A stretch of DNA of 46,183 bases from positions 1 through 46,183 of IMG/VR virus record IMGVR_UViG_3300050133_000017, one strand, 5' to 3'. Shown piece by piece: positions 1 through 9,630 of the stretch. Made by a program: the position numbers and the translations under genes. The stretch is from a virus. Within the stretch, counting starts at the first letter, position 1. Every line of letters begins with the position of its first letter. The notes beneath the pieces are model-generated. The model was not told the DNA's origin. It worked only from the letters and a program-made list of their open reading frames with translations, and did no database searches.

Positions 1-127
1 TATAATCGTCACCCATACGTGAACGACTCCAACCAGTACGAAGATCGCTGGATAATCGACGTTGGACTGCAATACAATCCTCAGGTAAACGTTGCGCAGG
101 ATTTTGCTGATTCCGCGCTGATCACCA
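1..127. repeat. Terminal overlap, left copy (circular assembly closure or short direct terminal repeat)
   Basis: nt 1-127 read identically to nt 46057-46183. An exact 127-nt end overlap looks like contig circularisation. Confidence 0.95.
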
Positions 128-147
128 TAAACCCCGTAACGGAGTAA
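1..147 (+). CDS. C-terminal part of the junction-spanning structural protein (tail completion/terminator-like, upstream of sheath)
   Basis: Frame 1 is open from nt 1 to TAA 145-147. It continues in frame from the ORF starting at ATG 45706 across the overlap (about 165 aa combined). It is absent from the ORF track because the window end cuts it. Confidence 0.7.
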   Translation, partial: YNRHPYVNDSNQYEDRWIIDVGLQYNPQVNVAQDFADSALITINPVTE

Positions 148-153
148 CCGCGC

Positions 154-1626
154 ATGTCCATCCCGGCAAGCCGAATTGTTCAAATCAACCCGTCCGCACT
201 CGGAACTGGCGGCAATCCGCTGGCGATGAATACGATGCTGATTGTTGACGGACCCCAACGCACGATTGGCGTTCAGCAGAACGGTAGCGCCGCAGAGGTT
301 GGCGCCCGCTACGGTCTGACCTCGCCTGAATACACGTTTGCCGGTCGTTACTTCCTGGGCTATGACGGCGGCTTCAAGCTTCCCGATACCCTCTACACCG
401 TGCAAAGCCCTGACGCCGCACTTCCGGCTATCCTGCGGGGTGCCAGCGTGCGCACCATGACATTGGCCCAGCTCAAGCTGATCACCGGCGATCTGATCGT
501 GACCGTTGACGGCACGGCAAAGACGGTGCCTGTGAACTTCGCTACCGTCACCAGCTTTTCCGAGGCTGCCGCACTGCTTACCGACGTGACCACCTTCGTG
601 GGCGACTACAATGAGCAGCTACAAGCGTTTGAGATCACCACGATCTCTACCGGATCGACCCACACCATCAGCTTCGGCTCTGGCGCTGTAGGCCTGGCTC
701 TAAAGCTTGATCAGGCCTCTGGCGCGCAGGCCGAGGATGGCCGCAACGTGATGACTGCCGCCGAACTGATGACCTACGTGCTCAACAAGACGCAGAACTT
801 CGGCGTCCTGACTCACGTATCGGCACAACTCCGCGCAGTCCGTGAAGCCTTTGCGGCCTGGACCACGCTGCAAAACAGCCGGTTTGCCTACATTGCGCTG
901 GATACCGATGGTTCCGCCCTGGTCGCCAACAACGCCGCCAGCTTCGGCGCATGGCTTGATGAGACCGAGCAGAACGGCACCACGCCCTACTACGGAACCA
1001 TCGAGCAGTTGGCTGCTGTCTGCGGCGGCATCGCGGCAATCGACTTTTCGCGCACCAATGGTCGCCGCAACATCATGTTCATGAAGCAATCCGGTATCGC
1101 GGCCAGCATCACCGACGAGGCCGACTACACCGCCCTGCTGTCGAACGGCTACACCTTCTACGGCGCATTCGCTACCGCCAACGATGAATTCACATTCAAC
1201 GTGAACGGCAAGGTTTTCGGCCAGTTCAAATGGCTGGATAACTACATCAACCAGATCTATCTGAATGCTCAGTTCCAGCTGGCCCTGATGACCATGCTGA
1301 CAAGCTACGGCTTCATCCCGTACAACGCAACCGGCGTGGCGATCCATCAGTCGGCAATCGCGGATCCGATCAAAGAAATGATCAACTTCGGCGGAATTGT
1401 CCCTCTGGTTGATCCGGGCGCGCTTAGCGATCAGCAAAAGTCGATCATCAATACTCAGGCTGGCATTGATGTGATTCCTAATCTGCTGTCCAAAGGCTGG
1501 GCTACGGTTATTCGCATCCCATCTGCGCAGGTTCGTGGCAATCGCGGATCGTTCCCTTTCACCTTCTGGTACACGGATGGCGGCTCTGTTCAGAGCGTCA
1601 CCATGGCCTCCGTCAACGTTCAATAA
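154..1626 (+). CDS. Tail sheath protein (DUF3383-type by eye)
   Basis: 490-aa ORF heading the tail module. It is followed by a tube-sized ORF, a chaperone pair with a slippery site and a 752-aa tape measure, which is the canonical contractile-tail order. Confidence 0.75.
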   Translation: MSIPASRIVQINPSALGTGGNPLAMNTMLIVDGPQRTIGVQQNGSAAEVGARYGLTSPEYTFAGRYFLGYDGGFKLPDTLYTVQSPDAALPAILRGASVRTMTLAQLKLITGDLIVTVDGTAKTVPVNFATVTSFSEAAALLTDVTTFVGDYNEQLQAFEITTISTGSTHTISFGSGAVGLALKLDQASGAQAEDGRNVMTAAELMTYVLNKTQNFGVLTHVSAQLRAVREAFAAWTTLQNSRFAYIALDTDGSALVANNAASFGAWLDETEQNGTTPYYGTIEQLAAVCGGIAAIDFSRTNGRRNIMFMKQSGIAASITDEADYTALLSNGYTFYGAFATANDEFTFNVNGKVFGQFKWLDNYINQIYLNAQFQLALMTMLTSYGFIPYNATGVAIHQSAIADPIKEMINFGGIVPLVDPGALSDQQKSIINTQAGIDVIPNLLSKGWATVIRIPSAQVRGNRGSFPFTFWYTDGGSVQSVTMASVNVQ

Positions 1627-1638
1627 GGGGAATACATC

Positions 1639-2088
1639 ATGCCAATGGGTCAGAACCCTCGCACTATCACCGCAGCCAACAGCGTCGTAATGTTCAAGGC
1701 TGCCGGTTACTTCGACCAAGCCATTCAGCTGCAAGGCTTCCAGGTGGATAACGCCTTCGGTTTCGGTGACGCCACTGTCGGCGAAACCCGTATCGGCGTG
1801 GATGGCAAGCAGTCTGGCGGCTGGGTATCCCACGAAGTCCCAGTCACCGTGTTTCTGGAAGCGAACAGCGCAAGTCGCCAGCAGATGGAAGAGTTTCGCG
1901 GCTGGTGCAACGCGAATCAAGAGACTGCGCTTTGCACCCTGGACATCACCATTCCATCCATCGGCAAGCGTATCGAGGCCAGCGGATTCATGGTCAGCCA
2001 GGGCGGCGGACCGTCCGCTCAGAAGCTGATCAACGGCACGCAGTACGTGTTCAACATGGTCATCAACAACGAAGACAACATCGCATGA
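1639..2088 (+). CDS. Tail tube protein
   Basis: 149-aa ORF 12 nt after the sheath gene, with GGGGAA RBS-like purines upstream. Call rests on position between sheath and chaperone. Confidence 0.7.
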   Translation: MPMGQNPRTITAANSVVMFKAAGYFDQAIQLQGFQVDNAFGFGDATVGETRIGVDGKQSGGWVSHEVPVTVFLEANSASRQQMEEFRGWCNANQETALCTLDITIPSIGKRIEASGFMVSQGGGPSAQKLINGTQYVFNMVINNEDNIA

Positions 2089-2513
2089 GTACGACTAAGG
2101 ACGTAACCATCGAAGATGGCGCCGATACCGGAAAGACCTTCATCATCAAGAAGATGAGCTTACTGGTGGGTGACAGCTGGGCAAACCGAGTCGCACTGGC
2201 GCTGTGCAAATCCGGTGTCGACCTGTCAGGCCTGACCACCCATGATGAGCATGGCAAAACTGTGTTTCGCGGCATGCTGGACATGGTTGGCGTTGTGCCG
2301 GTTGCGCTGAAGGCGCTTGGCGGCGTCGAGGAAGACAAGGCGCTTGGACTGTTGGAGGAGCTGATCCGCGATGTAAAAATCCGGCTGCCAAACGGCACTG
2401 AGCGCCCCGTCATCCTGGAATCCGACATAACAAGTATCTCCACGCTGTGGAAGATTCGGATTGAATCGCTGAAGGTCAATCTTGATTTTTTAACGGCAGG
2501 CGTTACCCAGTAA
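2085..2513 (+). CDS. Tail assembly chaperone (G-like, zero-frame product)
   Basis: ATG 2085 overlaps the tube stop (ATGA). 142 aa, lying between tube and tape measure. It ends 19 nt after a T TTT TTA slippery heptamer. Confidence 0.65.
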   Translation: MSTTKDVTIEDGADTGKTFIIKKMSLLVGDSWANRVALALCKSGVDLSGLTTHDEHGKTVFRGMLDMVGVVPVALKALGGVEEDKALGLLEELIRDVKIRLPNGTERPVILESDITSISTLWKIRIESLKVNLDFLTAGVTQ

Positions 2514-2740
2514 TCGAAAAAGATGGGTTGCATATGCCTCTGAATACAGAGGCTTTTGCAAGGTGCGTAAACCTAAGTCCGCAGGCCTGTTATATCCTTG
2601 AGCATGGCCTTGCTCCATACGCGGACCTGGCCCAGCACCTGACGCTTGAGGATGCGCTCAATCTGATCGAGCATCATCAGGTTTCGCAGCACAACAAATC
2701 CCTGATGGAGGAATTGCGGAATGAGCTCGGTAACCGTTGA
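2085..2740 (+). CDS. Tail assembly chaperone frameshift fusion (GT-like; 2085..2492 joined to 2492..2740 in the -1 frame)
   Basis: The downstream ORF (track 2528..2740) lies exactly in the -1 frame of 2085..2513 and overlaps the tape-measure start. Its own ATG (2534) lacks a clear RBS. Confidence 0.5.
2486..2492 (+). other. -1 programmed ribosomal frameshift slippery heptamer T TTT TTA
   Basis: The zero frame reads gaT TTT TTA. The -1 frame is open from 2489 to TGA 2738-2740 with no stops (checked codon by codon up to 2530). Confidence 0.55.
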
Positions 2741-4979
2741 TGAGCTGGTCATGCGCATTGAAATTGAACTGGATAAGTTCAAGTCTGATGCAAGCCAGGC
2801 CGAAGGGATTGAGAAGCGCCTAAGAAGCGCTATCAAGGGCACAGAGGAAGGTTCTCGTGATGCGGGCAAGGCTATCAACGAGATGTCATCCGAGGTCTCC
2901 CAGTCAAATCGCGAGCTTGGTAAAAGCGAAAAAGCCTTCATTGCTGCCACCGGTCGGGTCATAGCATTCTTGGGCGCCCTGTTCGCCTCAAACGCGATCC
3001 AGAAATTTACCACTGCAATTTCAGATGCCAATGACCGGCTCGGCTTTATGTCCAAGCGTCTTGGCATTGCCGCTCGAGACGTGAAGGGTCTTGAGACTGC
3101 ATTCTCTGCACTCGGCGGATCCGGCACGTCTGCCAACAGCACAATCACAAACCTCAATCAGGGCATCCAAGAGATGATCCTGATGGGTAACGACTCGCTG
3201 ATCCCCTTCTTTGGCGCGCTCGGCGTTGGCGTGGTTGACGCCACCGGCAACATCCGCCAGATGGATGACGTGCTGCTCGACATGGCCGACTCACTGTCTA
3301 AGATGAACCCTCAGCAGGCATATGCGCTTGCCTCGGCAATGGGTCTCGATGACGGCGTGGCAAACGCCCTGATCCAAGGCCGAGACGCCATGAAGGAAAT
3401 GCTGGATATGCAGAAGCAGATCTACGTTTCCAGCGAGACGGAGATCCGCGCCAGCCGAGAACTAAGCCGTGCCCAAGCCTTCCTGAATGCTCAATGGGAC
3501 GGATTCAAGACAATGGTGGCAAATGCCATCATCCCCGCCCTGCTCAAGATGACCAAAGTGGTTTCGGGCTGGATGGATTACCTGTCGCGCAACGAGCGGA
3601 CGGTGCGCAATTTCTTCGAAGGCGTAGCCATTGCTGTCGGCATAGTGCTTATTCCGGTCCTGATAAAGGCTGGTATTGCAATGCTGGCGCTGATCTCCCC
3701 CGTTCTTGGCGTTGCCGCTGTAGTCACAGGCCTTGCCGCTGCATTCGGCCTGCTGTATGACGACTACAAGACCTGGGCCGAAGGCGGAAAATCCCTGTTC
3801 AACTGGGAGCTTTTCGACAACTACATCAGGAAAACAGACATATCCGTCGACAGCCTTGCCAAGGGCCTGGCGCAGCTGCTTACCGGCTACGATTCGCTCT
3901 CTGATGCCCAGGAGGCATTCATGAAGTGGATGCGCGACAATGGTGTGATTGATGAGAATGGCCTGTCAGTACAGGGCCTGGCAAACGCATTCAAGCAACT
4001 CGGCAAGGACATCTACGATTCAATACCGGCATTGCAGACGATAGTTCAACTGATCGGTGCCGTCATGGATGGTCGCTGGAGTGACGCCCTGTCGCTAGCT
4101 AAGAGCATTCCAGGGCAGATAGCTGGCACAGCCATTGACTTGGTTGGGGGCGCCGCTGGTCACGTCACAGGGGCCGTTGATACCGCCCTTGGCATGGATG
4201 CTGGTGCGAGCGGCACCATCTCGGGAACCGTAAAAAATGGCGTGGCATGGCTCAAGAATGAGCTGGCCGGATGGGTGGGCGCTCCAGAGTCCAAATCATC
4301 CGTATCTGGTTCTGGTCGCGGGTTTTCTGCTGACAAGGCGGCATCCATTGAGCGCGTTGCCGCCGAGATCGGCATGGAGCCAAACGACCTGGCGCAGATC
4401 ATCAGCTTTGAGACTGGCGGCACGTTTGACACCAATGCGCGCAACCCGAAGTCCTCGGCTACCGGCCTCATCCAGAAGATGAAAGATCCTGACGGCAAGT
4501 ATTACGGGCATACCCGCGATGAGCTGGGGGCCATGAGCTTCGATGACCAGATGGAAAAAGTTGTTAAGCGTTACTTCCAGGAGCGAGGCTTTTCCGATGG
4601 TCGCACACACAGCCTGGCAGACGGCTATGAGGCTGTGGCCGGATCTGGTTATAAAAAAGGCTCCCAGGCATACGATCTGAACAAGGTCTGGGATACAAAT
4701 GGTGACGGCGTGATCGACAAGAACGAGCAATCTCAGTCGCCCCAGTTCCAGGCGCACGCCAATGACTGGATTGGCGCATCAAGAGCAGCATCAATGACCG
4801 GCATTCCAGGCATTAGCACCAACACTTCGGCATCGTCTAGCGGCGCTCCAACTGTTAACATCGACAGCATCACGGTGCAGACCTCTGCGACCACGCTACC
4901 CGAAGCCACAAAAGAAGGCGTTGCGGCTGGCGTTGCCAGGGGCGGGAATATGCTTATTCAGCTTGGAGGTGGTCTTTAA
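2721..4979 (+). CDS. Tape measure protein with C-terminal lytic transglycosylase-like domain and EF-hand loop
   Basis: 752 aa. It has a coiled-coil N-terminal half, central hydrophobic segments, the motif SFETGGTF...ATGLIQ (SLT-like) and the loop DTNGDGVIDKNE. Position after the chaperones supports the call. Confidence 0.85.
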   Translation: MSSVTVDELVMRIEIELDKFKSDASQAEGIEKRLRSAIKGTEEGSRDAGKAINEMSSEVSQSNRELGKSEKAFIAATGRVIAFLGALFASNAIQKFTTAISDANDRLGFMSKRLGIAARDVKGLETAFSALGGSGTSANSTITNLNQGIQEMILMGNDSLIPFFGALGVGVVDATGNIRQMDDVLLDMADSLSKMNPQQAYALASAMGLDDGVANALIQGRDAMKEMLDMQKQIYVSSETEIRASRELSRAQAFLNAQWDGFKTMVANAIIPALLKMTKVVSGWMDYLSRNERTVRNFFEGVAIAVGIVLIPVLIKAGIAMLALISPVLGVAAVVTGLAAAFGLLYDDYKTWAEGGKSLFNWELFDNYIRKTDISVDSLAKGLAQLLTGYDSLSDAQEAFMKWMRDNGVIDENGLSVQGLANAFKQLGKDIYDSIPALQTIVQLIGAVMDGRWSDALSLAKSIPGQIAGTAIDLVGGAAGHVTGAVDTALGMDAGASGTISGTVKNGVAWLKNELAGWVGAPESKSSVSGSGRGFSADKAASIERVAAEIGMEPNDLAQIISFETGGTFDTNARNPKSSATGLIQKMKDPDGKYYGHTRDELGAMSFDDQMEKVVKRYFQERGFSDGRTHSLADGYEAVAGSGYKKGSQAYDLNKVWDTNGDGVIDKNEQSQSPQFQAHANDWIGASRAASMTGIPGISTNTSASSSGAPTVNIDSITVQTSATTLPEATKEGVAAGVARGGNMLIQLGGGL

Positions 4980-5689
4980 TGGCGATCCCTGGAATACCGG
5001 ACATCCCTGACTTCAAGGGCCTGGTGACATCTGGCACTGATGCGCTGATCAGCTTCGGTGGCGCCACCCTGATCCGCATGATCTTCGGCAATCAGTGGGG
5101 TATCTTCAATCAGTACGGCATCCCTATCATGCTGGCTGATACCGTGCACTCGCTGAAATACCAGAACAATTCGCAGATCGCTCAGGCTCCCGTTGAAAAG
5201 GGTTCGTTCGCCAGTTACAACAAAGTGCAGAACCCCTATCAGGCGACCGTGACAATGATTCGCGGCGGCGGTGACGTGACTAAGCGCGGGCTATTCATCG
5301 CTCAGCTTGAGCTACTATCCAAGTCCACCCTGCTCTTTCATGTCATCACGCCTGAATACGTGCACATCAACGCCTCAATCACCGGCTACGACTACGCACG
5401 CGACCCTAACGCTGGCGCCCGCATGATCGTCGCCAACATCCACCTGGAAGAGGTTCGCGAGGCAAAGGTTACCTACGAGACCAAGGAGACCAAGAACCCG
5501 GATGATTCCCCGCAGGTCGACGGCGGCGAGCAGCAGCCAAAAGAGGCGAGCCAGTCATTGCTAAGCAAGGCCGTAGACACCGTGACTGGCGAAGGCGGCC
5601 TTCTGGATCAAGTGGAAACCCTAGGGGAAAAAGCCATGAGCGCATTCGATAAATTTGTTGGTGGTGCGCCCAAGGTTGTGACGCCATGA
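4979..5689 (+). CDS. Tail/baseplate protein (position of Mu gp43-like DNA circulation protein)
   Basis: TAATG overlap with the tape-measure stop. 236 aa. Function is inferred from position only. Confidence 0.45.
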   Translation: MAIPGIPDIPDFKGLVTSGTDALISFGGATLIRMIFGNQWGIFNQYGIPIMLADTVHSLKYQNNSQIAQAPVEKGSFASYNKVQNPYQATVTMIRGGGDVTKRGLFIAQLELLSKSTLLFHVITPEYVHINASITGYDYARDPNAGARMIVANIHLEEVREAKVTYETKETKNPDDSPQVDGGEQQPKEASQSLLSKAVDTVTGEGGLLDQVETLGEKAMSAFDKFVGGAPKVVTP

Positions 5690-5970
5690 CCTTAATGACC
5701 ATCCGAACTGAGCCAATCCCGAATCAGTCGGTCTCCTATGCGCTCAATGGCTTGGCGTATACGATCGACATCAACACTCGCAGGGGGTCTCTATGTATCT
5801 CAGTTTGGCGCGCTGGAACCTACGTTCTGCGGAACAGGGCTCTTAGGGCTTACGCTCCAGTGGGGTTTGGATTGCAATTGGTAGACACCGAAGGTACAGA
5901 TGATCCGCCAATGGACAACCCCTACTCTCAGCTCGGCACCCGCTGGCTCCTAATGGGTCTTGAAGCATGA
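5686..5970 (+). CDS. Small baseplate-module protein
   Basis: ATGA overlaps on both sides. 94 aa. No motif recognised. Confidence 0.5.
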   Translation: MTLMTIRTEPIPNQSVSYALNGLAYTIDINTRRGSLCISVWRAGTYVLRNRALRAYAPVGFGLQLVDTEGTDDPPMDNPYSQLGTRWLLMGLEA

Positions 5971-6845
5971 ACAAAAAGGTCATCCGCGTAACTATTACGC
6001 TCAACGGCGAAACCTTCGCGAAAGACGCCTCAATTCTGACCTCCGAGCAATTGCGCACGCTGTGTACTATCAATTTCGGCGGCGGCTCGGTTGTGCCAAA
6101 TGCGGATATCGCCGTCTATGGGCTGCCGATGGCGTCCATGCTCAAGCTGACACGCGTTCGCTGGCGAGATATCAAGAGCATGATGAACACCATCAAGATC
6201 GAGGCTGGCGACCAAGGAAGCGATCTGACAACGGTGTTTGAGGGCAACATCACATTCGCCTATATCGACATGAGCAATGCGCCAGACGTGTCGCTGAAGG
6301 TCACCAGCTCCACCGCCGCCCTAAACATCTATCAGCCAGCCTCCCCTATTACGTACAGCGGCCAGCAGTCGGTTGTCGGCGCCATCCAAGAGCTATGCGG
6401 TAAGATCGGCTGCGAACTGGAAAACAACGGCGTACCTGAGTCGCTGACAATGACGGACACCACTCTGGTCGACACTGATCTCAACAAGATCCGCGCCCTG
6501 TGCAAGCGATATCAGATCGATCTGTACATTGAGCAGAAGCGCATCAGTATCGCTCCGCAGGGCGCACCTCGTCAGACCAAAATCGCCACGCTGCGCCCAG
6601 GATCTGGCTTGCTGGGCTACCCGGTGCCGACCATGCAGGGCATTGAGGTCCGCTGTCTGTTCAACCCCGGCATCACGTTCGGCGGCCTGATCAGGGTGGC
6701 CGACTCCATAATCGAAAGCTGCAATGGCGATTGGAGGGTGTTCGGGGTTACACTTAGCCTGGAATCGGAAATGCCTGGTGGCAACTGGTTCATGGATATC
6801 AAGGCAACCTATAACGAGCCGAACAATGCAGCCATCAGTCGTTAA
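5967..6845 (+). CDS. Baseplate hub protein (Mu gp44 / P2 gpD-like position)
   Basis: 292 aa, translationally coupled, immediately upstream of the spike-like gene. Confidence 0.5.
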   Translation: MNKKVIRVTITLNGETFAKDASILTSEQLRTLCTINFGGGSVVPNADIAVYGLPMASMLKLTRVRWRDIKSMMNTIKIEAGDQGSDLTTVFEGNITFAYIDMSNAPDVSLKVTSSTAALNIYQPASPITYSGQQSVVGAIQELCGKIGCELENNGVPESLTMTDTTLVDTDLNKIRALCKRYQIDLYIEQKRISIAPQGAPRQTKIATLRPGSGLLGYPVPTMQGIEVRCLFNPGITFGGLIRVADSIIESCNGDWRVFGVTLSLESEMPGGNWFMDIKATYNEPNNAAISR

Positions 6846-7470
6846 CCCGGCAACGCCAGAGCAGTCAGTCGGAGGCCCGCGAGAGTGGGAGTTTATCCTT
6901 GAGCGGCTGATTGGCAAGTCGTATACCGTCACGCTGGTCAAGGTCGACGAAGTCAGAGCTGGCGGGACTGGCCCGGTTGGATTCCTGTCGGCAACCGACC
7001 TCATCCAGCAGATGGACGGAAATAACGACGGAATTGCCAATGTTCCGATGGAAAACATGCCCTACTTTCGACTTCAGGGTGGTGGAAATGCGGTGATTAT
7101 CGACCCCAAGCCCGGAGATATTGGCCTGGCCGTGTTCGCTCGCCGTGATATCAGCGCTCTGAAGCAAAGCAAGACCGAAGGACCACCCCCAAGTCTGCGC
7201 AATCATGACGTGTCAGACGGGCTTTACATCGGCGGCCTGCTCAACGGCGCACCAACCCAATGGATCCAGTTCCTGGATGCTGGCATCAACATCAAGGCTA
7301 CTGCCGCCGTGACAATCGACGCCACACTGCTCCAGGTGAATTGCCCGATCAAATCGACCGGCGACATCACCGATCACACCAGTAGCATGCAAGTGATGCG
7401 CGACCAGTACAATGAACACGCAGGACACTTGCCATCAGGCGGCGCTACGCCGAGCGTGCCAATGGAATGA
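6826..7470 (+). CDS. Baseplate central spike (gpV / Mu gp45-like)
   Basis: The internal ATG 6826 (MQPSVVNP...) overlaps the previous gene by 20 nt. The upstream part of track ORF 6724.. lies inside the preceding gene. Size and position fit a spike. Confidence 0.55.
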   Translation: MQPSVVNPATPEQSVGGPREWEFILERLIGKSYTVTLVKVDEVRAGGTGPVGFLSATDLIQQMDGNNDGIANVPMENMPYFRLQGGGNAVIIDPKPGDIGLAVFARRDISALKQSKTEGPPPSLRNHDVSDGLYIGGLLNGAPTQWIQFLDAGINIKATAAVTIDATLLQVNCPIKSTGDITDHTSSMQVMRDQYNEHAGHLPSGGATPSVPME

Positions 7471-7820
7471 GAACCCTATTCCTTCTCCCGTCCACCTGGG
7501 ATCTTGAGCTTGACAGCTCAGGTAATATCGCCGTTGCTAGCGACATTTATCAGCAGTCTCAGGACGTTGCCAGCGCATGTCGTACTTTTCGGCGTGATGT
7601 TTATTACGACCAGCAGGCTGGCATCCCCTACTTCGAAAACGTGCTGGGACAATTTGGCTTCCCGCTCTCCCTTTACAAGATGTACCTGGAAGAGGCTGCA
7701 AAATCTGTCGACACACGCATAGTGTCTGCCAGCGCCCAGCTCAAGCTAACCGGTAGAGTTGCCGGCGGCTCCATCCTGTTCACCAATGATGAAAACCAAA
7801 CCGGGCAGATCAACCTATGA
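7467..7820 (+). CDS. Small baseplate wedge protein (gpW/gp25-like position)
   Basis: ATGA coupling. 117 aa, directly upstream of the J-like gene. Confidence 0.5.
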   Translation: MRTLFLLPSTWDLELDSSGNIAVASDIYQQSQDVASACRTFRRDVYYDQQAGIPYFENVLGQFGFPLSLYKMYLEEAAKSVDTRIVSASAQLKLTGRVAGGSILFTNDENQTGQINL

Positions 7821-9001
7821 TTCCATCCATCCAGTTCACCGAAGAAGGGTTGATCGTGCCTACTCGCGAAGAGATCACGGCAGGCCTGTGGGATATCATG
7901 CGAGACGCCTTTGGGCCGGATATCAATCCAGACGCCAGAACCCCACAGGGTCAGCTGGTAACTTCATTGACTGCTGTTATTCAGGATCGCGACAACGCCT
8001 CTGTCGAACTTGGAAATAATTTCGACCCTCGCTATGCAATCGGCCAGTTTCAGGAAGCTCTTGCGGCCATTTATTTTTTGACCCGAAAGACAGCTACCAA
8101 ATCAATCGCGCAACTTGAGTTCGTTGGGATTGCTGGGACCATCATTCCTCAAGGATTTGCAATGGTCGATGACGCTGGCATTGAGTGGCTGTGCATTAAT
8201 TCAACGCCCCTCAGCTCAGACCTCGTTGAGTTCGCCTGTGCCGTTCCTGGCCCAGTTCAAGCCGCGCCGCGCACCATCCGCACATTCAAGCAGACGATTG
8301 ACGGCATAGATCGCGCAGAAAACCCAGATGCAGCAGCAGCCGGGTCGAATGAAGAGTCACGGGCAAACTTCGAAACGCGCCGCTATAACTCTGTGGCAGC
8401 CAACAGCAAGAACATGAACAGCTCAGTGCGCGGATCGGTAGATAACCTGCCTGGCGTAATCGACGTGTATGTCGACGACAACTTCACTGATAACACAGTG
8501 ACCAAGGGCTCGACCAACTACCCAATGATCAGGAATAGCCTGCTGGTTTCCGTTGTTGGCGGCGACGATCAGGCGATTGCTGAGCAGATTGTAATCAAGG
8601 GCGGCACTGGCTGCTCTTTCGTTGGCAACACCACGGTCATATGGAAAGACACATCAGTTCCGGCATCACAGCCGCCTGAGTACGTGGTTAAGTTCTTGCG
8701 ACCCGCCCACGTCACCGTATTTATGCGACTGAGGGTTGTTGACCCTTCGGCAATCTCTTTTTCCAGCCTTGAGGCTGCCAAGTCTTCAATAATCTCTGAA
8801 TTTCAGACCGGATCAAATCGCGCAAGGATTGGTGGTTTGGCTGTTGGCGCTAACTTCATGGTCGGACTTGATGTCGCAACAATCAGACCGGTAAGCCTTG
8901 AGATGTCTACTGATGGTGTGTCCTGGAGTGAGTATCGCCAGTTTGGCGTAGACGAATCTCCTACCACATCATCGGCCAACATTAGCTTGGTGGGAATATG
9001 A
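7817..9001 (+). CDS. Baseplate J-like wedge protein
   Basis: 394 aa, ATGA coupling. Its position between the gp25-like gene and the fibre-adaptor gene matches the Mu/P2 order. Confidence 0.6.
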   Translation: MIPSIQFTEEGLIVPTREEITAGLWDIMRDAFGPDINPDARTPQGQLVTSLTAVIQDRDNASVELGNNFDPRYAIGQFQEALAAIYFLTRKTATKSIAQLEFVGIAGTIIPQGFAMVDDAGIEWLCINSTPLSSDLVEFACAVPGPVQAAPRTIRTFKQTIDGIDRAENPDAAAAGSNEESRANFETRRYNSVAANSKNMNSSVRGSVDNLPGVIDVYVDDNFTDNTVTKGSTNYPMIRNSLLVSVVGGDDQAIAEQIVIKGGTGCSFVGNTTVIWKDTSVPASQPPEYVVKFLRPAHVTVFMRLRVVDPSAISFSSLEAAKSSIISEFQTGSNRARIGGLAVGANFMVGLDVATIRPVSLEMSTDGVSWSEYRQFGVDESPTTSSANISLVGI

Positions 9002-9630
9002 TCAATCTAGAACAGACGGTTATGAGTCAGTACGCAAACAGTCCCAGGCTTATGGGGATTCTTCGCTCGGTCTGGGATGCGATTGATCCGGAACTGTTTA
9101 CCAATGATTATTATCGGCTGATAATGTCGATACCGACAGCGAATGGTATGGGGCTGGACATCTGGGGGAGGATCGTAGGGATAAGCAGAACAGTTTCCTT
9201 TGTGGATCCTAGCGGCGAATATCTTGGGTTTTCGACTGGGTTCTACCCTTTTAACGAGAGGCCATTTAGCGCGCCTGGAAGCGGTTCGGATACCTGGGAG
9301 CTGACAAACGACGCCTACCGTGTCCTTATTTTGATGAAGGCTCTGGCGAATATTGTCTACGCCACGGCTCCAAACATAAACACACTGATGCGCGCCATGT
9401 TCGACAGGCCAGCTTATTGCCTGATAACCGGGCACATGAAAATGCGCTATGTCTTTGAGTTCGATCTATCCCCGTATCAGCGACATCTGGTTTACAATAC
9501 CGACATCTTGCCCAGACCTTGCGGGGTCGAAATAAGCATTATCATAAACGCCGATCTTAGCGGTATATTCGGTTTCGATGGCTCAGGCCTACAGCCATTC
9601 GGCCAAGGAGTTTTCTACAATGCAGCCTGA
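8998..9630 (+). CDS. Baseplate wedge / tail-fibre adaptor (gpI-like, DUF2612-type by eye)
   Basis: 210 aa, ATGA coupling, immediately upstream of the tail fibre. Confidence 0.5.
   Translation: MINLEQTVMSQYANSPRLMGILRSVWDAIDPELFTNDYYRLIMSIPTANGMGLDIWGRIVGISRTVSFVDPSGEYLGFSTGFYPFNERPFSAPGSGSDTWELTNDAYRVLILMKALANIVYATAPNINTLMRAMFDRPAYCLITGHMKMRYVFEFDLSPYQRHLVYNTDILPRPCGVEISIIINADLSGIFGFDGSGLQPFGQGVFYNAA

Noticed and set aside
700-1920. 406-aa minus-strand ORF (and other long antisense ORFs) across the sheath gene
   Set aside because: It is a shadow ORF in GC-rich coding DNA. It has no RBS, a Arg/Ala/Gly-rich junk-like composition, and lies fully inside a well-supported structural gene on the other strand.
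7510-7515. Isolated TTGACA hexamers inside genes (also at 26720-26725)
   Set aside because: There is no acceptable -10 hexamer at 16-18 nt, and these sites lack the family-specific flanks.
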